Shown here: piece after piece, positions 28,052 through 37,917 of the stretch | Position numbering within the stretch: the stretch's first letter is position 1 | Layout of the letters: each line of letters opens with the position of its first letter | NCBI GenBank assembly: GCA_036677365.1 | Contig: JAVBWN010000021.1 | Span: forward strand, 1-64,000 | Source: Acholeplasma sp. | GTDB taxonomy: Bacteria > Bacillota_I > Bacilli_A > Acholeplasmatales > UBA5453 | DNA length: 64,000 nucleotides | Direction: 5' to 3' | Made by a program: the position numbers and the translations under genes | Notes under the pieces: model-generated | The model's database searches: none | What the model was told of the DNA's origin: nothing | What the model saw: only the letters and a program-made list of their open reading frames with translations

Positions 28052-28750
28052 ATGAGAACAAATTACAGTATTAAAAAACTCATCTTTATTGCTTCGCTTG
28101 CAGCCATTTCAGTCGTCTTCGGTTTGATCGAGATTCCACTCGGTTTGCCGTGGCTTAAACTGGATGTCAGCGAACTTGCGATTTTGGTCGCAGCAGTCGT
28201 CATTGGTTACAAAGGCGCGTTTGGTCTAGTATTCGTTAGGGGTATTTTCAGACAAGCGTTCCAAGGCCAATTGTTCATGCCAACCGAATTGGTTGGTGAA
28301 GCCATCGCGATGATCGCGAGTACGGTATTATTATTGACCTATTATGGGTTGTCAAAAGCGATTAAAACATATCGTAAACCACTCATTTTAGAGGCTGTAG
28401 TTGATCCGCAAATGGTCTCGTTTAAAGAAGTCATCGTGATTGTTGCTGGATTGACAGTAACACTCACCGTGGTCATGATTACATTGAATATTTTCATCTT
28501 AACACCGATTTACTTGAGTACTTATGATGCTTTATTCGGATTCTTTGGATTTTCATCCTTCCACATCACCGTATTCACATTATTAAATGACCCAGGTATG
28601 GCCAACATATTCGGTGTAGACTTATCGAATTGGAACCTTTATGTGACATACATAGTAGCAAATTATACGTTATTGAATATCGCAAAAGGATTGATTACAA
28701 GTATGTTATTTTTGCCAATTAAATCGACATTGGAGAAAGTTGAGTTATAA
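28052..28750 (+). CDS. ribU: ECF transporter S component, riboflavin
   Basis: A.LAAIS, EIP..PWLKLD.SE, N...L.P.Y, N..KG; controlled by the FMN riboswitch. Confidence 0.88.
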   Translation: MRTNYSIKKLIFIASLAAISVVFGLIEIPLGLPWLKLDVSELAILVAAVVIGYKGAFGLVFVRGIFRQAFQGQLFMPTELVGEAIAMIASTVLLLTYYGLSKAIKTYRKPLILEAVVDPQMVSFKEVIVIVAGLTVTLTVVMITLNIFILTPIYLSTYDALFGFFGFSSFHITVFTLLNDPGMANIFGVDLSNWNLYVTYIVANYTLLNIAKGLITSMLFLPIKSTLEKVEL

Positions 28751-28772
28751 TAGAGACGAAAAGAGGTGAGTT

Positions 28773-29267
28773 ATGAAACACTTGTTATATGAATTGAAAC
28801 AACCATTTATCAAGTCGGACATGAAACGTTTCATTTTAGAAGGGTTTCTTGCAAGTTTCGTTTTTGGTGGTTTCATTGGCGCACTCACGTTCATTTTAGC
28901 CAACTATTTTAATTCCATTTTAGCTCTATTTACGTTCATCATTCTATACATTTTTTTATCAAACCGTTTGTTTCGCAGTTTTAACCAATATCATATATGG
29001 TATTCCATTTTAGCAGTCTTCTTTCTATTGTTAGGAGAATATGCCATGGGACTAACCGCGAACTTATTGGTTATTCAAATCGTTGATGGTAACCTATCGG
29101 TCGTATTCAGCAGTTTTTCAACTGCAATGAGGATTTTAAATCCACTGGGGTATTTTTCATACTTTTGGTTGTGGTCGTTGAATTTTGGCGTGATCATTTC
29201 AAACCTAATTCAAATATTCTTCACGGTTTATTTAAGCTACAGCATCTATCAAATGATGAAGCGCTGA
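28773..29267 (+). CDS. Hypothetical integral membrane protein
   Basis: GAGGTG RBS; four to five hydrophobic segments. Confidence 0.65.
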   Translation: MKHLLYELKQPFIKSDMKRFILEGFLASFVFGGFIGALTFILANYFNSILALFTFIILYIFLSNRLFRSFNQYHIWYSILAVFFLLLGEYAMGLTANLLVIQIVDGNLSVVFSSFSTAMRILNPLGYFSYFWLWSLNFGVIISNLIQIFFTVYLSYSIYQMMKR

Positions 29268-30662
<1,395 letters not shown>

Positions 30663-30669
30663 CCCAAAC

Positions 30670-30700
30670 AAAATGCCCAGCGCAAGCTGAGCATTTTTTT
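30670..30700. terminator. Bidirectional terminator between eno and the lipoprotein gene
   Basis: AAAATGCCCAGC-GCAA-GCTGAGCATTTT with flanking A and T runs. Confidence 0.8.
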
Positions 30701-31712
30701 ATTTTGTTTCACCACGTTTTAGGGTATTCTCTTCAATGTAAATATAGCCGATGGATTTGGCATTATCATTATAATAAATAGTTATCCAATGTACATCTTT
30801 TTCTTTGATGAATGTTTTGACAAGATGCATATCGTTGAATAGATGGAAATTGGATGATGTCTCTAATAAACCGAATCTATCCATTTGATGAAATTGTTTG
30901 AAAACACCTTCATAGGTACCACTGACTGCTTTTGTATAATTCCAATAGTAAACATCGTAAGTGTTGTTTTGATGGATGGATATAAATGTTCTTGCAATAT
31001 TGATGTATTCTGCAGATGTGACTTCATTATCGATTTCACTCGCTTCATAGATAACTTCACCATTATTCAAGTAAACTTTGATTTCATGTAGTATACCATC
31101 ATGAATTGCCAATATGTGATATACATAATTGTAATCACCTATACTTATCCAAGCATCTTTGTCGTATCTTTGATGTTTTTGGGCATAAACTTGTACTTTA
31201 ATCACATCTTGTATGATGAAATCCTTGTACGGGCCCTCAACAAATGCACTTAAATCTAAAGATAAAGGACACGGATTATCTTCACCAAAACACATTGGTT
31301 TGAGGCTTATAGTACCAACCATCGGATAAGTTTTTTCCATGCCATAATACGATCCTAGCCATCCAATCCGTTTGGTTACTTTCATCTCTTGAATGGTGTC
31401 ATCGGTTTTAAGAAAAACATATGGAAAACCATTGTCATCAAAATAGTAGTGAGCAATTTTTACTGGATCATCGAACTTTGGTAAAACATACGTTTCATAA
31501 ACTTCAAAGACAAAATCGTTTTCTCGCATAGAAACTATAATCAGATTATCGCCTTGTTTTGCTAACATGATTGTATGGACTATACCATCAATATTGTATA
31601 GACTAATTTGGTCAGCATAGCTATCAGGAATCAATACATATGATACGCTTTTTTGACAACCAACCAACATTATCATGAGCAAGTAATGGATTAAAAGGAA
31701 TCCTTTTTTCAT
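30699..31712 (-). CDS. Hypothetical lipoprotein
   Basis: MKK, hydrophobic stretch, lipobox LVGC; beta-rich and Tyr-rich; no family recognised. Confidence 0.7.
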   Translation of the reverse strand: MKKGFLLIHYLLMIMLVGCQKSVSYVLIPDSYADQISLYNIDGIVHTIMLAKQGDNLIIVSMRENDFVFEVYETYVLPKFDDPVKIAHYYFDDNGFPYVFLKTDDTIQEMKVTKRIGWLGSYYGMEKTYPMVGTISLKPMCFGEDNPCPLSLDLSAFVEGPYKDFIIQDVIKVQVYAQKHQRYDKDAWISIGDYNYVYHILAIHDGILHEIKVYLNNGEVIYEASEIDNEVTSAEYINIARTFISIHQNNTYDVYYWNYTKAVSGTYEGVFKQFHQMDRFGLLETSSNFHLFNDMHLVKTFIKEKDVHWITIYYNDNAKSIGYIYIEENTLKRGETK

Positions 31713-31884
31713 GTGTCATACACCTTCTTTATTAGAAAGATTTTATCACTTACTTAAATAAAAGTCATTTCATTTTTTTAGTTTTTTGAAATTTTATTTG
31801 TTACTTATATTTACACGCATTTTTTGGATTTATGAATGTATGTTCTATACCTTATGGTATAATATTTAAGAAGTTGGTGAATCC

Positions 31885-33948
31885 ATGAAATTAATCACAC
31901 TGTTTAAAGATGGCGCGACGCACACATTTGAGTCGCTCCAAGAAATCACCCAGTTAGATGCCATCACTTTATCGGAAAAACTCGATGAATTGTTGAATCA
32001 AAAGAGAATAACCAAAAAGGATACATTATACACCTTAAAATCGAGTTATGCTATAGGGTTATTAGATATCAAAAACCAGGGTTTTGGTTTTTTACTTCAA
32101 CCTGAGGATGATTTATATATATACGAAGAAGACATGGGTTTCGCGCTCGATGGCGATTTGGTTTTGGTCCATGTGGGGGCGAGAAACAAGGTGGTTGATG
32201 TCTTGGAACACAACACCACGGAACTCGTTGTCCATGTTAAAAAAATGAACACACAATACGTGTTTTTACCGATCAAACCACTCAGACTAATCATTCAAGT
32301 GGAAACCAAACAACCTTTCTTAGGTGGTGAGGTTTTACTCATCAGCCTTGATAAATATGAAGGTAAACATGTATTCGGTTCAATCAAGAAAACCTTAGGG
32401 TTTGAAACCGACCCAGGGATGGATATCCTTGAATTGGTCTACCAAGCCAACTGGCCATATGAGTTTTCAAAAGAAGCTTTAAATGAAGCAGAAACCATCG
32501 AATCCATCGATATCGCTCCAAGAAGAGAAGTCAAAGACGAACTCATCGTTACGATTGATGGTGTCGATGCGAAAGATTTAGATGACGCTGTGGCACTTAA
32601 GAAAGTGGATAATTACTATATTTTATCGGTACACATCGCAGACGTATCTGCCTACGTTCAACCCAATTCTTTTTTAGACAAAGATGCTTTAGATCGAACC
32701 ACATCGGTCTATTTGGCCGACCGTGTCATACCCATGTTACCAAGAAAGTTATCGAATGATTTGTGCAGTTTAAATGCCGGCACACGAAAAAAATGTTTAT
32801 CTGTCACGATGACACTTGATCTCGATGCCAATGTGATTGACCATAAGATTGAACAAACGTGGATATCGGTAGATAAACGCCTTAATTACGATGAAGTCAA
32901 TTTATTCTTAGATGGTGAAACATCGCTATATACCCCTGAAATTGAACAAATGATGATTCAAATGGCTGAATTATCAGCGATATTGGAAGACAAACGTCGT
33001 GAACGTGGGGCACTTGAGTTTAAATCATTAGAATTTAAGTACGAAACGGATGACATGGGTAACATCATCGATATCCACCCTTATGTTACAGGAAAAGGAC
33101 AAAAATTGATTGAATCCTTCATGGTGCTTGCGAATGAAACGGTCTCGATGCACCTATCCTCATTGGAATTACCTTGTATCTATCGTGTTCATGACAAACC
33201 AACCGAAGAAAAGTTGATCAACGTCATGAATATGGTTAAAGAAATGGGCATTAAAATCCCTAAGCTACACCACATTACACCAAGAACCCTACAAAATATC
33301 ATCGATAAACTCGAAGGCCATCCCCTTGAAATTGTATTCCATACGATGTTTTTAAGGGCGATGCAAAAAGCGGAATACAGCGGTAAAAATATTGGACATT
33401 ACGGTTTGGCTTCCAAGTTCTATTCGCATTTCACCTCACCGATTCGTCGATATCCTGATTTACTCTTGCACCGATTGATTCGAGTATTCTTGATTGAAAC
33501 CGACCAGTTTGAAAGAAACTATAAATACTATGAATCGGTCATTGAAACCATCGCGGAAAAATGCTCCATGATGGAACGAAAAGCCGATGAACTCGAAAGA
33601 GAAACCGACAAATTGAAAACCACTGAATTTATGGCTAATAAGAAAAATCAAGTCTTTGATGCCATCATTTCAAACATCACCAAAGCGGGTATTTTTGTTA
33701 GACTAGACAATGGCATTGAAGGGTTAGCACCCATCCGCTTGATGAAAGATTATTATTATTTTGACGATATTCGTCTCACGCTCAAAGGCAAAAACAACAA
33801 ACAAGAATTCGCCATCGGTAAGCCGATTCGCGTTAAATTGATCGATTGTGATATTGTGCTTAGACAACTGACGTTTACCGTATTTGAGGAAAAGAAAAAT
33901 GACACAAAAGAATTCCATCGTCACCCAAAACAAAAAGGCAAGGCATGA
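31885..33948 (+). CDS. rnr: Ribonuclease R
   Basis: VTIDG.DAKDLDDA, HIADVS, SVYL.DRVIPMLP, HFTSPIRRYPDL, C-terminal S1 domain; adjacent to smpB. Confidence 0.95.
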   Translation: MKLITLFKDGATHTFESLQEITQLDAITLSEKLDELLNQKRITKKDTLYTLKSSYAIGLLDIKNQGFGFLLQPEDDLYIYEEDMGFALDGDLVLVHVGARNKVVDVLEHNTTELVVHVKKMNTQYVFLPIKPLRLIIQVETKQPFLGGEVLLISLDKYEGKHVFGSIKKTLGFETDPGMDILELVYQANWPYEFSKEALNEAETIESIDIAPRREVKDELIVTIDGVDAKDLDDAVALKKVDNYYILSVHIADVSAYVQPNSFLDKDALDRTTSVYLADRVIPMLPRKLSNDLCSLNAGTRKKCLSVTMTLDLDANVIDHKIEQTWISVDKRLNYDEVNLFLDGETSLYTPEIEQMMIQMAELSAILEDKRRERGALEFKSLEFKYETDDMGNIIDIHPYVTGKGQKLIESFMVLANETVSMHLSSLELPCIYRVHDKPTEEKLINVMNMVKEMGIKIPKLHHITPRTLQNIIDKLEGHPLEIVFHTMFLRAMQKAEYSGKNIGHYGLASKFYSHFTSPIRRYPDLLLHRLIRVFLIETDQFERNYKYYESVIETIAEKCSMMERKADELERETDKLKTTEFMANKKNQVFDAIISNITKAGIFVRLDNGIEGLAPIRLMKDYYYFDDIRLTLKGKNNKQEFAIGKPIRVKLIDCDIVLRQLTFTVFEEKKNDTKEFHRHPKQKGKA

Positions 33949-34369
33949 TTATTTCATTGAACAATCGTATGAGGCAGGGATCAACCTAAGAGGGACAGAA
34001 GTCAAATCCATCCGTGAAGGTAAAGTGTCTGTCAATGATGCGTATGTTCAAATTAAACACGGCGAAATTTTCATCATCAACATGCACGTTTCCCCGTACA
34101 CGCATGGGAACCTCTTTAACCATGAAGAAACCAGGACCAGAAAACTGCTCATGCACAAAAAAGAAATTTTAAAAATTGAAGCGAAAATCAAAGAAGATGG
34201 CTATACAGTCATCCCTTTAAAAGTATACTTTGTTGAAGGTTTAGTGAAAGTTGAAATCGCGATTGCTAAAGGTAAAAAACTATTTGATAAGCGCGAATCT
34301 TTAAAAGAAGAAGATGCGAAAAAACACATGAAGAAGACCATTAAGGAGGCATTCCGACGTGAAAGTTAA
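33899..34369 (+). CDS. smpB: SsrA-binding protein
   Basis: NKKARHDY, EAGI.L.GTEVKSIR, RKLLMHK.EI, AKGKK..DKR; ATG 33899 after GAGGA. Confidence 0.97.
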   Translation: MTQKNSIVTQNKKARHDYFIEQSYEAGINLRGTEVKSIREGKVSVNDAYVQIKHGEIFIINMHVSPYTHGNLFNHEETRTRKLLMHKKEILKIEAKIKEDGYTVIPLKVYFVEGLVKVEIAIAKGKKLFDKRESLKEEDAKKHMKKTIKEAFRRES

Positions 34370-35348
34370 AGTTGGATTGATGTTGGGCGGTGGTGGTGCC
34401 AAAGGTGGTTATCAACTGGGTGTCATCCGCGCTTTACAAGAAGCCAATTTAATCGACAAAATCGATTGCATCGCGGGCACTTCTATCGGTGCCATCAATG
34501 CTCTTTTAGTGATGTCTTTAAACGACGCCAACAAAATCAGTGAAATTTGGCAATTGGCTCAATCCAACAATCCAATCCGACAAAAATCATTTAGAATTAA
34601 ACAAGACAAAGAAGGCTTATACAGTCTGGAAGTCTTGAAAGATATTTTTGAAAAATATATCGATGTCAAGAAAGTCAAAAACTCAAAAATCGATACATTC
34701 GTTGTAGCTTCTAAGATTATTGATACCAAGAAGATTGCTTCTCAAATTCGTACAGGCAATCACGAAAAAACGGTATTTCATTTGAATGAGATGGATCATT
34801 GCTTTGATGCTGTCATTGCATCCGCATCCATCCCTCTGTTTTTCGGTACGACATATATCGGTGGTGAAGCCTATGTCGATGGGGGTTTGGTCGACAATAA
34901 CCCAATAGACATTCTAATTGAACAGGGGTGTAATGTGATTTTAAGTGCCCCCTTAGACCATGGGTTCAATTATAACGCGTATGCTAACCACAAGATTTTA
35001 TTCATCAATCTGACGGATTTCAATGTGTTTAGTGCATTACCACTCATCGATGCTTATGACATCATCCGATTTACAGAAGAATCGATTGAAGAACGACAAA
35101 ACTATGGGTACTTGGTTGCCAGTGAAATCATCACCAAACTACGCGATATGGGTATTTTAAAACGCGGTTTGTTTGGGATGAATGAGAATTTCGTCAGGGT
35201 AGATAAATTCACTTATATTGAAGCACCTAAGGAAACTTATGAACGTGTGAAAGCATTACGAAAAGAACGCCGTATCACCAGAAGAGAAGCACAAAAACGC
35301 TTGTCCATTAAAGAAAAGATTGAACAAGCACTGAATAGAGGTAAGTAA
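34359..35348 (+). CDS. Patatin-like phospholipase
   Basis: GGGGAKG, GTSIG nucleophile, ASASIP, DGG. Confidence 0.92.
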   Translation: MKVKVGLMLGGGGAKGGYQLGVIRALQEANLIDKIDCIAGTSIGAINALLVMSLNDANKISEIWQLAQSNNPIRQKSFRIKQDKEGLYSLEVLKDIFEKYIDVKKVKNSKIDTFVVASKIIDTKKIASQIRTGNHEKTVFHLNEMDHCFDAVIASASIPLFFGTTYIGGEAYVDGGLVDNNPIDILIEQGCNVILSAPLDHGFNYNAYANHKILFINLTDFNVFSALPLIDAYDIIRFTEESIEERQNYGYLVASEIITKLRDMGILKRGLFGMNENFVRVDKFTYIEAPKETYERVKALRKERRITRREAQKRLSIKEKIEQALNRGK

Positions 35349-36218
35349 ATGCAAATCATTGAATTTTTACAATCGTTTTCTAATCCAGTTTTAGACTGGG
35401 TCATGCGTATCATCACTGAGTTTGGTGATCAATACTTTTTCATTCTCTTAGGGGCTATTTTGTACTGGACTGTGGATAAAAAATTCGCATTCAAATTGAT
35501 GGTCGCTTATTTAGGTTCTGCCTTCATCAATGGGGGATTAAAAGCATTGACCAATAAACCCAGACCGTATCAAGAAGGGGCGAGACCCATCCTCCAACAA
35601 ACCGAAGGGTCATCGATGCCTAGTGGACATGCACAAGCAGCAGGGTCACTTGCCATCAACCTATGGAATGAATATTATTATGCCAAATGGGTTCGCGGCT
35701 TGATGATCGCGATGATCATCTTGGTGCCACTATCTCGCATGTATTTGGGTCAACACTATTTAGAAGATGTGTTGGTCGGTTTGGTATTGGGTTTGATTTT
35801 AGGCTCAACATTCATGTTCTTGTTGGGTGTGGGCAATTTTGATAAAGAACACATCCGTGCTTTGTATCCAGTGCCTATACTATTAATTTTAATGGCATTT
35901 TTCCACGAAGAACCCTTATTTGTTGCGGGTGGGGCATACATCGGTTTAGCGGTAGGGTATTTTCTAGAAAAGAAATATGTCAGATATAAAGTGGCAGCAC
36001 CAGTTTTTATTCAAGTTTTGAAAGTGTTGCTAGGGTTAGCCATTGCTTTTGGATTAAAAGAAGGGTTAAAGTTTGTATTACCTTATTCAGCGAATGTCGA
36101 TTTAAATCCAACGTTCTTGGATTTGAGTCTTGATTTTATCCGATATTTCATCATTGCTATGTGGGCGAGTTTAGGGATGATGTGGGTTTCTAAGAAACTA
36201 TTTAAGAGAGCCAAATGA
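35349..36218 (+). CDS. PAP2 family membrane phosphatase
   Basis: K.....PRP, SMPSGHA, SRMYLG.HY..DV. Confidence 0.92.
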   Translation: MQIIEFLQSFSNPVLDWVMRIITEFGDQYFFILLGAILYWTVDKKFAFKLMVAYLGSAFINGGLKALTNKPRPYQEGARPILQQTEGSSMPSGHAQAAGSLAINLWNEYYYAKWVRGLMIAMIILVPLSRMYLGQHYLEDVLVGLVLGLILGSTFMFLLGVGNFDKEHIRALYPVPILLILMAFFHEEPLFVAGGAYIGLAVGYFLEKKYVRYKVAAPVFIQVLKVLLGLAIAFGLKEGLKFVLPYSANVDLNPTFLDLSLDFIRYFIIAMWASLGMMWVSKKLFKRAK

Positions 36219-37654
36219 AAAAGTTTATACTCATTTGTATCACGTTGAGTTTAGGTTTTTTAACCGCCTGTGACACCCCGATCAACAACAATCCAGACCC
36301 ACTACCTGAACCCATCATCGATGCCGATTATGAACGTTTGTTTGATGATGATAACGAAAAATCCTTTACCCTCGAAGTAACCACCACCGAGTTTTACAAA
36401 TTAGATCAATACATGATCGAATACAGAAACCAATTTGGCGATTTAAAAACGGACGCTGTGGTTCAAGGTAAATTGATCTACAGAGATACCCAAGGTGAAC
36501 TTGAAATCGATCAAGTTGCTTGGCGCACGCGGGGTAATACCTCACGTACCCGCATGATAGACAACGAAGGCAACCTTAGACCTGTGTCATATAAAGTCTA
36601 TTTTGATAAGCCACTGTATCTTGAATCTGGTTCAGAAGCTGAAAAAAACATAAAAAAACGTGAAGTCTTTGGTATGACTGAATTGAACTTCAAATTCAAT
36701 CGAAACGAAGACCCTACCTATGTTTCTGAAAAGTATTCCTATGATTTATTCAATGCCTATGGTGTGTTCGCACCCAAAATAACGCATGCAAAGATGTATT
36801 TAAAAGTGGGTAGTGTGACCCATTTCTTAGGCATTTACAATGTGATTGAATCCATCGATCAATCGTTTTTAACCAAACGTTTTCCCAATGAAGACCAAGG
36901 CAATTTATATAAAGTCCTGTGGCAACAATTTGGGCCAGCGAGTCTCGAACTCGGTTTTGACCCACGTGCCATTGGGATTAAAGATGAAGCGAGCCACTAT
37001 TTCCCAAGTTATGACTTAAAAACCAATAAAAAAACCAACGATACCAGTGATATCGTCACTTTCATGGAAATGATCAATACGTTAGAGGGGTCCTATTTTA
37101 AGACTTACATCGAAGCTAATTTTGATGTCGATCGCTTGTTGAGATTACTCGCCATTGGTGTGTTGTTAGGTAATCCAGATGACTACCGTGCGATGGGAAA
37201 TAACTATTATTTATACAGAAACGATATTACAGGTAAATGGACGATGATTCCATACGACTATGACCATGGTTTAGGTCAAGGGTGGGACGGCGCACCGGTA
37301 TTTACCAATTACTCGATTGGCATGGATATTTATGCTTGGGGTAACCTCAATACAGCCTTTGTGGGTAGAGAAATCAAACACCCACTCACCGATAAAATTC
37401 TCGCCATACCGGAATACCAATTACAATACGAAGCACACCTAAAAACCTTGATTGAAGACAATTATTTCAGTGAGACCGCATTTTTAGATGCGCATTTGGC
37501 GGTTAAAGCATTGTATGCCGATGATATTCAATCCGCCAAATGGCCAATCCCTTTTGGGATTAGAAACATCGAGTGGTATATTGGTGGCAAACGAAACGAC
37601 ATCATCAACCAATTGAACTATTACACCAATAACCCCACAAAACGTCCAAAATAA
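36215..37654 (+). CDS. CotH kinase family lipoprotein
   Basis: Lipobox LTAC; RGNTSR, SYKV.F, D.TYV.E, G.Y...E.ID, GNLYK, N.DDY....NNYYLY, IPYDYD. Confidence 0.85.
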   Translation: MKKFILICITLSLGFLTACDTPINNNPDPLPEPIIDADYERLFDDDNEKSFTLEVTTTEFYKLDQYMIEYRNQFGDLKTDAVVQGKLIYRDTQGELEIDQVAWRTRGNTSRTRMIDNEGNLRPVSYKVYFDKPLYLESGSEAEKNIKKREVFGMTELNFKFNRNEDPTYVSEKYSYDLFNAYGVFAPKITHAKMYLKVGSVTHFLGIYNVIESIDQSFLTKRFPNEDQGNLYKVLWQQFGPASLELGFDPRAIGIKDEASHYFPSYDLKTNKKTNDTSDIVTFMEMINTLEGSYFKTYIEANFDVDRLLRLLAIGVLLGNPDDYRAMGNNYYLYRNDITGKWTMIPYDYDHGLGQGWDGAPVFTNYSIGMDIYAWGNLNTAFVGREIKHPLTDKILAIPEYQLQYEAHLKTLIEDNYFSETAFLDAHLAVKALYADDIQSAKWPIPFGIRNIEWYIGGKRNDIINQLNYYTNNPTKRPK

Positions 37655-37699
37655 ATGGATTATACTTGTAAAAGTCGGGATTTATGATAAAATAGCAAT

Positions 37700-37905
37700 A
37701 GAGCGAAGAACAAGACAAGTAATGAAGGCCAAACCAAAGAGAGATCAGTTAGGTGAAAGTGATCACGGTATTCATGAAGCTACTTGGGAGCGAATGGTAA
37801 ACTGGCCTTAACAGTACAATGAAGGGCTAATCTTTAAGGGTTAGAACTAAGGTGGTACCGCGATTAACATCGTCCTTAGAATGCAAATTCTATGGACTTT
37901 TTTTA
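37700..37905 (+). promoter_or_regulatory. T-box leader (Ala specifier) with terminator
   Basis: AGTA, AGAGA and GGTGAAA stem I motifs; GAA-GCT specifier (GCT 37779-81); T-box AACTAAGGTGGTACCGCG (37845-62); terminator GTCCTTAGAAT/ATTCTATGGAC plus T run (37872-37904). Confidence 0.92.
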
Positions 37906-37917
37906 TGGAGGAAAGAC

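Noticed and set aside
34370..34420. tmRNA (ssrA) after smpB
   Set aside because: smpB overlaps the patatin gene directly and no tmRNA-like 5' end is visible. No tRNA or rRNA genes were recognised in the window.
37852..37917. N-terminal extension of AlaS given by the ORF track
   Set aside because: It overlaps the T-box and terminator; the real start is ATG 37918 with a GGAGG RBS. Similar over-extensions were trimmed for eno, smpB, rpsT, yolD, yqeG and comEC.
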